Shown: positions 24,796 through 34,500 of the stretch, piece after piece
How positions within the stretch are numbered: position 1 is the first letter of the stretch
Layout: the number at the start of each line of letters is the position of its first letter
Source: Hyaloraphidium curvatum SAG 235-1
Lineage: Eukaryota > Fungi > Monoblepharomycota
Reading direction: 5' to 3'
DNA: 64,000 nucleotides
NCBI GenBank assembly: GCA_025558095.1
Contig: JAIVFI010000001.1
Coordinates: forward strand, 806,001-870,000
Program-made: the position numbers and the translations under genes
Notes under the pieces: generated by a model
Databases searched by the model: none
What the model saw: only the letters and a program-made list of their open reading frames with translations
Told to the model about the DNA's origin: nothing

Positions 24796-26248
24796 ATGTC
24801 GCATCGCAAGCGAGTGTCCCGGCTTAGCGGCGCTTGTTCTTCCCGTACTGACGCGCATCTCGCTCGCGGAACTCTTCCTCCGGCCTTGGGAACGGCGGAA
24901 CCGGAACAACAGATTCGAGCACCCCCGCCACGGCTCGCTGGGCTTCCTGCCCCGCAAGCGGGCGCGGCGGCACCAGGGCCGCATCAAGTCCTTCCCGAAG
25001 GATGACCCGAAGAAGCCGGTCCACCTGACCGCCTTCCTTGGCTACAAGGCCGGCATGACCCACATCGTGCGCGACCTTGAGCGCCCCGGCTCCAGTGCGT
25101 TCGGGCTCCGGGTCTTGGAGGGCAGGACGTGGAAGGCTAACGGACCGCCCGCGGACCCGCAGAGATGCACAAGAAGGAGATTGTGGAGGCCGTGTCGATC
25201 ATCGAGACCCCCCCGATGGTCGTCGTCGGCGTCGTCGGCTACGTCGAGACCCCGCGCGGCCTGCGCTCGCTGACGACGGTCTGGGCCGAGCACCTTTCGG
25301 ACGAGCTGAAGCGGCGGTTCTACAAGAACTGGTACCGGTCCAAGAAGAAGGCCTTCACCAAGTACTCGAAGAAGTGGGCCGAGGGCGGCAAGCCCATCGA
25401 GCAGGACCTGGAGCGCATCAAGAAGTACTGCCAGGTTGTGCGCGTGATTGCGCACACGCAGATCCGCAAGACGTCGCTGAGCCAGAAGAAGGCGCACGTC
25501 GTCGAGATCCAGCTCAACGGCGGGTCCGTGGCCGACAAGGTCGACTGGGCCAAGGAGCACTTTGAGAAGGAGGTCAAGATCGGGGCGGTGTTCGAGACCA
25601 ACGAGATGATCGACACCATTGCCGTTACCAAGGGCAAGGGGTTCGAGGGTGTCACGGCCCGCTGGGGCACCAAGAAGCTGCCGCGCAAGACCCACAAGGG
25701 TCTCCGCAAGGTCGCTTGCATTGGCGCGTGGCACCCGTCGCGCGTCATGTACTCGGTGCCCCGCGCCGGTCAGCACGGTTACCACCACCGCACGGAGATG
25801 AACAAGAAGATCTACCGCATCGGCGACGGCTCGGACGAGAACAACGCCAGCACCGAGTACGACCTGACCCAGAAGCAGATCACTCCCATGGGCGGTTTCC
25901 CGCACTACGGCGTCGTCAAGGTTCGTTAACCGGGGTGAAATTGGTATCGGAACCGCGCTTGACGTCGCGATGCTCTTTCAGAACGACTGGGTGATGATCA
26001 AGGGCAACTGCCCCGGCATCCGCAAGCGGGTCATCACTCTCCGGAAATCGCTCCTGACGCACACCAAGCGGTCGGCCCTGGAAACAGTGTCGTTGAAGTT
26101 CATCGACACCAGCTCCAAGTTCGGCCACGGGCGCTTCCAGACCGCTGCGGAGAAGTCTGCGACCATGGGGTGAGCTTTCTTGTGGAATTGCTTTGATGCA
26201 ACGGATCCTGACGTTTCCGACAGCACCCTCAAGAAGGACCGTGCCTAA
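24796..26248 (+). CDS. RPL3: 60S ribosomal protein L3 (uL3), spliced
   Basis: [21 protein letters not shown].., [47 protein letters not shown]. Confidence 0.98.
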
Positions 26249-26414
26249 TTGGTCATCCGATCGAGATTGTATCCATCTCCGGATAAATACACTCTCGGTC
26301 AGTGAATGCTTCTCAATCCGCTGCCTAGTCCTTGTTAGATCGATTCGGCGGATTGTCCCCGGCACAGGGCCCGTACGCTGCGAGCACACAGAAAGGCAGC
26401 TGCCCGGCAGGCAA

Positions 26415-26990
26415 CGGCGCCAGAGAGGGTCCCGATCGCCGCGAGTTCGAGGCATTCGGAGGCCGCCAGCGCGCAGAAGGCCCGCAGCGCCGCAGCCAAC
26501 CAGCTGCAACAGTGCTTCGGGTATCCAAGGTGAGCTCGACATAAGGAGAGCAGGCTCCGCGAACCGTCCATGGCGGAGAGACTAGGCCAGGTGTGCGACT
26601 ATGAGCTTTTCCGCAAATCAGAACCGGCCTCGCCCCGCGCCAAAACGCAGCCCGCCGACTGCCCCATCGCGTCCAAAAGCTTCGCACGAGACCTGTAGCA
26701 GCTTGCAAAGGAGGAAGGGAACGAATCGGCGCCAGAGAGGGTCCCGATCGCCCCGGTTACGGGGCATTCGGAGGCTGCCAGCGCGCAGAAGGCCCGCAGC
26801 GCCGCAGCCAACCAGCTCCAACAGTGCTTCGGGTATCCAAGGTGAGCTCGACATAAGGAGAGCAGGCTCCGCGAACCGTCCATGGCGAAGAGATTAGGCC
26901 AGGTGTGCGACTATAAGCTCTTCCGCAAATCAGATTCGGCCTCGCCGCGCGCCAAAACGCAGCCTGTCGTCGGTCCCGCCGCGTCCATTG
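26415..26990 (+). repeat. Repeat module D, two tandem copies, period 312 bp
   Basis: cggcgccagagagggtcccgatcgcc...caacagtgcttcgggtatccaaggtgagctcgacataaggagagcaggctccgcgaaccgtccatggcg at ~26416 and ~26728. Confidence 0.93.
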
Positions 26991-27027
26991 GCATCGCATG
27001 CGAGAGACTGAGACAGTGCGCCGCCTG

Positions 27028-27700
27028 GAGAAGCCGTCCACACGCCTTCTTCGCCGACAGAAAGAGATCCAGCTGCGTAATCAACGCAATCGAACGTCCC
27101 CGTGTGGCTTCGCAACTGTGTGCGAGGACAGCTGGATCGGAATCTCTGCTGCGCTGCCAGGTCCAGTTCACCTGCCCGCCAGCCAAAACCCGGCCCGAAT
27201 CACCAACTCGCCACGGCTTCGTGACACGCTAGCGACCGTCCCCGAGGAGAACAAGGCACACTATGCGACAAGGCCTGTAGCGCAGAGACGCCCGTAATCG
27301 ATCCGGTCGTGCCAGAGCGCCACCTCGAGAAGCCGTCCGCACGCCTTTCCTCGCCGATGGAAAGAGATCCAGCTGCGTAATCAACGCAATCGAACGTCCC
27401 CGTATGGCTCCGCAACTGTGTGCGAGGACAGCTGGATCGGAATCTCTGCTGCGCTGCCAGGTCCAGTTCACCTGCCCGCCAGCCAAAACCCGGCCCGAAT
27501 CACCAACTCGCCACGGCTTCGTGACACGCTAGCGACCGTCCCGGAGGAGAAGAAGGCACCTCTTGCGGCCAGGTCTATAGCACGGAGACGCCCGTAATCG
27601 ATCTGATTCTGCCCGAGCTTGCGGCGACATGGCCCGTTCACTTCCTCATCGCAACATGTCACACGCGAGCTCCGGGTGTCGCAACAACCAGTTTCCATCT
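27028..27700 (+). repeat. Repeat module B, two tandem copies, period 300 bp, plus extension
   Basis: Lines starting at 27061/27361, 27121/27421 and 27181/27481 are identical or nearly so. Confidence 0.95.
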
Positions 27701-27704
27701 AGTA

Positions 27705-28365
27705 CTCTAGAGATCTGGCCGGCCGCAGGATCCGAGGCTCGCGGACACCTCGGCGGCCCCGAGAAACTGGCCCCGCGTCCGCTGCCGCCAAACGTCCTCG
27801 GCTCCGATCAAAGCAAAGAGACGCAAGCTTCGGATCCCGACCTATCTCGCGCCTCCGCAAACATCCGCCAGTCGGTTCCGCATCGCCGGTTTCGACCGAG
27901 GAGACCCCGGAATCACGCGAGTGGGCTAAGGCCGCAACTTGAGATCCGCAAAGAGCACGATTCAGTTGCAACTTGAAAGCTACGACTAGCACGCCAAGGT
28001 TATGCAGTGGACGCCCACAACGCCGTAGAAGAGATCGAATCCTTCCCGCGAAGCCCCAGTTCGTCAGCGTGCTGCCAGATCGTGCCAACGAGACCACATA
28101 CCTAGCACCAAGCGCTGTCAGCTGTTTCGCACAACAACGGGCTTCCTTCCAGTGCACTAGAGACTACGGAGAAGCCGGCGCCAGAATCGGAGACCCGCGG
28201 AATCGTATGCTGCTCCATCGCATTGGCCACACATCCGCCGCCGCGAATCGTCCTCGACCCCGATCGAAGCCAAGGGCTGCAAAAGTCGAATTCCGAGCCC
28301 ACAATTGCAATCGTAAACATCTTCCCGTCGCGTCCACATCGCACTTTTCGAGGGCAAAGACCGGT
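27705..28365 (+). repeat. Two diverged module C copies (~27705-27910 and ~28158-28365), offset ~456 bp
   Basis: tccgctgccgccaaacgtcctcggctccgatcaaagcaaagagacgc vs tccgccgccgcgaatcgtcctcgaccccgatcgaagccaagggctgc; both resemble the reverse complement of left module C. Confidence 0.7.
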
Positions 28366-28369
28366 TCGT

Positions 28370-29265
28370 AAAGTCAGCGCAATGGATGCCTCAAGAAGAA
28401 CAGTGGAGCAGCTCCGGAGCAAGATAAAGCGGCAGGTTCGGCCAGGACGCTCGACGACAGGCCCGGCATCCGAGATCGGCAGAGTCTCAAAACAGAGCCG
28501 CCCGGAGCACGCGAGGTTTGAGTCGAGGGCAGCCTCGGCATGTTTGGGACCGCGGCTGCAAACTTTGAAACGCGCCCGAATATCTCTCCTGCCTTGAGGA
28601 GCAGGAATGCGGATCCAGGCAGCCTGTAGCGGGTTTCCAGCCCGAGACGAGGAAAAGACACTTTCGGCCCCCTGCGCGTTCAGCGACGGGTCCGAAGTCC
28701 GCCCGGGCCGAGTGGCACGCGATCCCGGCCCGAGCCGCGCAAAACGGCAGCTCCGCCGACGAAGGAGGTTTGGCGTTTGGCGCCCGCAGCCGGAAGCCGC
28801 GGCACCCCGAGAACGTCAACCCGTGTCCGGTACGTTTATGAAGGAAAGGCACACTGACACCCGGCAGCGACGGTCGCGGGCAGACTCAATGCCCCCGGCA
28901 CCCTGTCGGTGCTCGAGGCGATCTGATCGCCGCGCCCGCTCCAGCGATCGGAGCCTCGCGCCCGATGCGAGGCCAACACGTTCCTTGCCGCCAAGGACGT
29001 CGGTCCAACCACTCTCGGTGGTTGTTACAGGTGCACGTCATCGTTTGGAACGTGATGGCGGGCCGCCGGCTGCCCGGACAGCGAGACGCAGCCCCACGGC
29101 ACCTCCGCGGCGAGGCTGCCATCGTTTCCCGCAGCCCCTGGCCAGCGACGTCGCACGGCCCTGGGCAGGAGAATCGAAAGCCGGTCGACGCCTCCTCGCG
29201 ATGACGGCGGCCATTTGGCGTGCGGGCGGCCGGATTCGCGCCGACCGTTTGGACTGATTCGGCTG
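28370..29265 (+). repeat. Repeat module A (right copy)
   Basis: Inverted homolog of 16480-17400; both give the same spurious ORF MSFPRLGLETRYRLPGSAFLLL on opposite strands. Confidence 0.9.
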
Positions 29266-29362
29266 ATGGCTTCGCGGCCGAACGAGCACGACGACTTCTT
29301 CAAAGCTCCCCGGCTGCCCCCGCTCGTCTGCCCTCCGCCGGCGGCCCGCACCGTGCGGACGC

Positions 29363-31543
29363 ATGCCGCGCAAGGCCAAAGCCGCATCGGCGGCCGCGCC
29401 GGTCGCCGGCGAAGCCGCTCCGCCGAGCGCCGCGGCGGCAAGGTTCCCTCAGCCGGGAGTAACGGAGCCTGAGCGGACACTGTCGCCTTCTCTATCGTCG
29501 GGTAATGGTCGCATCGAGGCTGGACCTCGGAACACGGATAGTCACAAGTGTGGACCGCGGAACTTTGAACTTACAGCCGAGCTGCTTGCGGCTGGGGCTC
29601 AGGGGCACGTTTATGTGGCCATTGAGCGCGCGACCGGCGTCCAAGCAGCTGCAAAGAGGATAGTTTTGGACCAAAGCACGGCTCTGCGTGCGCTCAGGGA
29701 GCTGAAGATACTTCTCGAATCCCGCCATGAGTGCATTCCGAAGCTCCTGGCCGCTCGCGTTACCGCTTGGAGCTTGCTTCCTCCACGAGTAAGATCAGCG
29801 GAGCTAAAGAACGTATATGACGCTCTCGCTGCTCACGCTGGAGGATGTGTTGAGTTTGTTCCGGAGACCGGAGAGCCAACGTGCATGCTTTTTCTCGAAA
29901 TGGCGAAGAGTGACGTCCCGACATACGTTAAGCAGACATCCCTGACGGAGACTCAGCTCCTTGTATGCTTGGCCGTTTTCTTCAAAAAAGCGTGGCGCTA
30001 AGACAACATCTCAGGCTGTCGCGTGAAGCATTCTCAAAGCTCTTGCCTATCTGCATGAACAGGACATAATCCACCGTGATATCAAACTTTCGTGAGTCTT
30101 CTCTGATTAGTTCCACGCAGCCTTTAATCCCAAGGCAGGAACTGGCTTGTCCTCGAAGCACCGGATGGAACACTAAGATTCCTGTTGGCGGACTATTGGA
30201 TTGCGAAAGAGGTCAAGTGCATGGGCCAAGACAGGTTAACAGCCAAGGTGAGCGCATCATGTCCGAAAGCGAAAACGTTCATTACCAATAGGACACGCTA
30301 CAGATGGGCACGGATTCATATATGGCACCTGAGGTCGTGGCTGGGTCTACCAAGTACGATACGGCTGTCGATGCGTGGGCCCTGGGCGCTGCTCTGTTCG
30401 ATTTGCTGGACTGTTGCACATATGCGCGGCTGTCTAAGAAGCTTTCTCTTAAGTGCCTCGCTTCGGTTCGGGGCATCAAAGGAGAAGATAAGCTGCGACA
30501 GCTCGCTGCTTTTTTTGCAACATGGGGCTGCCCGGATGGTCAATTCCGAGCGGAGCTAAGGAAAAAGCTCCCACGGGATGCTCAAAGCATCTACACAATG
30601 GTGCTGCATGAAATAGAGAACGAAGCGTCAGTGAAGCAGGCGTTGGAGCGGACTCGACTCTGGCCGTTTCTTTCACCGGCGGCCCAGGAACGCTTTGCAT
30701 TGCTGCTGGAGGTGAGCTTTGTGTATGATGTGATTGCTCATTCTTGATTTGTGCATCATGCAGGGATGTTTGAAGATGGATCCTGCGCAACGAATCACGG
30801 CCCAGGATGCATTGGATGTCTTCGGTGGTGATGGCCCACTTGGCCCAAATGCAGGAAACCATGCGACCTTGCAGTGGGTTTGGCGTTGCGTATTGCCTGA
30901 TGTGATCTGACTGCTTGGCAGGCTAGAGAAGGTGATCCAGTATTTCACCAAAAGGCCTACGCTTGCGGATGCAAAAAGTATCGAACGCTTGCGTATGCAC
31001 GCTCCTGTCATGCATAGGAGGGCCGAGCGAGTGCGGGATACGCTCGTCGCGGCAGGAAAGGTCCTTCCGGGAAAGGAGCCTCCTTCTGCTGCAATGCACA
31101 GCGTTCTGGCGGAAGTGGACGAGAAACTCGTCACTGGCTCTGGGCTCAAAATGCACGATTGGTTGCAAGATCAACGCAGCATTGTGACTAGGACCTGCGA
31201 CTGCTTCCCTTTTGAGGAGGACTCTTTCGATCCGAAAGAAGGTTCCATGACGATCTGTTGCTGTGCGCTCGATCGTTTTGGAGATGACGTTCCGGAAATC
31301 GCAATCCCGGAGCATCCCCGAGGACGCAGCGATCTCTTGAATTGCATGACGCGCATGTTTTGTCTTCAAGCTGGCAATTCCCTTCACGCCATCAAAACCA
31401 GCGGATGGGTATGGTGTGGATGCGGCTGCAGAAGTAGGGGGTCCGCACCGTCCGCCGCCGCACTTCGAACTAGAAATCGCGAGGACTCTGTTGCTCATAA
31501 TGGCAACATACTTTGTCAGCAGACGTGGCCTAAGACAACTTGA
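29363..31543 (+). CDS. Divergent Ser/Thr protein kinase with Cys-rich C-terminal tail, spliced
   Basis: AAGAQGHVY, AAKRI, RELKIL, LAYLHEQDIIHRDIKLSN, LADYWIAKE, GTDSYMAPE, YDTAVDAWALG, CLKMDPAQRITA; exons join in frame via GT-AG introns; 3' end uncertain. Confidence 0.8.
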
Positions 31544-34500
31544 CCACCAAACGCAACGCCTCGGCTCCATAGTCCACGTCCTCGACCGCCAGCGCCTTGA
31601 ACATGAGCCGAGGGCCGCGCGAAAGTGGCAACGATACAGTGCCCAACGTGACGTTCGTTGTGAGGTCGCCGTCGGCATCGGGCTTGCTGTACCGCCGCAC
31701 CCGCAACAGAACCTCGCGGACGAGCTCGTGGCGCATGCAGCACTGCACCAGCAACCTCTCCTCCGGCCGGAGCCCCGTGCGGTCGAACTCCAAGCTCGGC
31801 TCCAACAGGTGATGCAGGTCCGCAGAGCCATCGAGCGCCTGGTTGCGCTGTCCCGCCGCCGCCGAGAAGCCGATCTCGCCCGCCCTGGCCGCGTGGTCCT
31901 GGAGCTTCTGCGCCACGACCCCGCGCACCCGTAGGAGCGACATGAGGCACTCGACCCCGTCCATGAACACCGTGGCCTCCGCTGTCCCGTCGTACACGGT
32001 GCAGCTCGCGTTCGCATGGACGGTGTAGAACGACGCCTCGCACCCTTGCGGGCAGGTGCCATCGAACAGCTGGCACGTGCAGGAGCGGCACTTCCATCCG
32101 ATCGAGGCGCTCCAGATGTTCCTTATCCGGCACCGTATCAGGGCCGTCGTCCGTAAACCCGCGTTGGCGGGCAGCAGCCAGTCCGCGAGCTTCATCGGCC
32201 CCTTGGCAAGGGCAGCCGCCCGCTGCAACCGAGCCTGCTCCTCGGCAGGCACGAAACAAACGGCTTCGACAGCCGTGATCGCCGGCAGCGTGTACGCAAA
32301 GACTTTCCCGGCCGCGGAGCTCCGAAAGGCGCAGCCCACCACGCGGACGTGCCATCCGGGGAGAACGTCGGCCGGCCACTCCTGGTTGCTGCAGTCCAGA
32401 TAAAGAGTCACCGTATCCGCCTCCTTCAGATCCCGGAGAGTAATGCACAAAACACGGTTGAGCGGCTCACCCGTGCCGACACCGTAGCGGAACATCGATT
32501 CCTGGCCGCGCAGCGCGACCACCGGCCGCGTCGGATCGGCAAGGCGGAACTCTTTCGAAACGACGATCCCCTCGAAGGCCGCCGTGGCCGTCTGCAGCAT
32601 CCCGAACTGGAACAGCACCTTGCCCGGGTGGGCAAAGTCGCCGACGACGTCGGCGACCTGCCTCAACCGCGGCTCCCGATCCGTCGCAGTCCGCCTCAGG
32701 TGCTGTTCGACTTCGCGCAGCCGCATGAGCGACGAGTCGGCAAGCTCTTTGTCCGAAGGCTGCCCAAGCACATCCTTTCCGCCCGCACCGCCCAGGGGAA
32801 GCGACATCACCACGGTGTTCCCGTCCGCTCGAGCCGCCCTGGGCCCGCCCCCCCAAGCCGGCGCATCGAGGAGCAGTCCCGTCGCCAGGCATAGCGAGCC
32901 GCGGGGCATTATCGGCCTGAACCGCATCGCGTTGCCCGACAGATCCCAACGGAACGCCAGGGGCGCAGGCAGGTCCGCGGTGCCGCACCGCACGGGGACC
33001 GCCAGGCCCTCGACGCGGCACCACGGCGTCTGCCGGACCTTGGCCGCGGTCTTGGCGAGGCCGATCGACACCGGCCGCACGTCCGAAACGTAGAGCAGCC
33101 AGTCCTTTGTCCGGTCCGAGGTCGGCCCGTCTGTGGCGAACCCGGCTTTGGCGAGGATCTCGGCAACGTAGGGCGCGGGATCCCGGTGCAGGACGACCAC
33201 GTCCTCCCGCGAGCAGCGCACGTACTCCCCGACCTCGCAGACCCCGGTCCACTTCCCCACGGCGACGATCGAGCCGAACCACGCGGATTCGAAACCCCCG
33301 CGCACCGACAGCGGCAGCGTGCCCGTGGCGTCCTTGAGCATCGCCCTCCCCGCCCCGTCCACCTCGACCTCCGCGACCAGCCACGGCGAGGTCCCCAAGC
33401 CCGCCGCCACCGACGCCGCGTCCGCCTCGGCCAGCGGCACCCGCTCCCCCGCCGCGGCGTCGGCCTCCCTCCCGTCCTCGCTCCGCCCCGCGGGCGCCGT
33501 CCGCGATCGCAGCGCCTCCCTGACCGCCTGCACGGAAAGCAGCTCCCCGCGGGCTTCCATCCGGCCCCCCGTGGCGGGGCAACCCCCGTCGTGCCACGCG
33601 AACGTCGCGATACCGTCGCGGTTCACCTCGCGCAGGCCGAGCAGCTTCAGCACCGGGACCAGCGCCGGGGGCGGCTCCGACGCGCCGGGTGCGGGGAGAA
33701 AGGGGGCCCGCGGGTGGCGCGCGCGGAGCTGCTGCACCGCCCTCGCGGCCTCAAGGATGCCCGCCACGCCCGTCAGCTTCTCGAGGGGGTAGAGCGCGGG
33801 CACCTCGGCGAATGCCGTGAGCTCCTCGGGGCCGACGGGCCCCGTCTCGCGGGCGGGGAAGGAGAGGATGCGGAACTCGGTGTAGGTGCAGGCCGCGAGC
33901 ACCGTTCCGAGCGGGGTCCGCAGGGCGTGCACGCCGCGGGCCTCGACGGTGCAGCCATCGCGGGCGTCCTCGAGGACGGCGTCGGATTTCCGCGCGCGGT
34001 GCGCGAGGAGGAGGGGGAGCTTGCGGTCGAAGAGGAAGATGCGGGGGTGCATGCGCGAGGTGAGGACGCCGCGGAAGGTGACGAGGTGCGAGTCGGGGTC
34101 GAGCGCCGCGGGAACGGATGCAGAAAGCGAGGAAGGAGGCAGGGAAGCCTGCGAGGCGGTCGAGGGAGGCACGTACTGCGAGGGTTGCGGGACCTGCGGA
34201 GATGCGTACGGGGCGTACTGCGAGGGCTGGGAGACGGGGCACGGCGAATCAACCTGCAGGGCAAGTACGAGCTGGCGCGGCGCACGTACTGCGGGCTCGT
34301 AAAACTGGCTCTGCAAGTCCGGCTCGGCCTTGATCCTGGGGCCCGGGAACGCCTGAGAGGGTGCGACCAGGGCCTCGGCCGCCACCTCCTCGATCGTGCC
34401 GCCCTTCCAGACCAGCGCCTTTGCGCCCGTCCCCGCGAGTTTTGCGGGTGCGATGAACCCGCGGAAGACGTAGCACCGGCCGATCTCTAGCGCCGCGTGC

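Noticed and set aside
26415-27605. Repeat-spacer-like organisation suggesting a CRISPR array
   Set aside because: Units are ~300 bp, far beyond CRISPR repeat size; eukaryotic context; no cas genes.
27655-27712. Helitron 3' end (weak hairpin followed by CTAG-T)
   Set aside because: Hairpin is imperfect, the site is internal to the array and the left copy does not conserve it; not enough to call.
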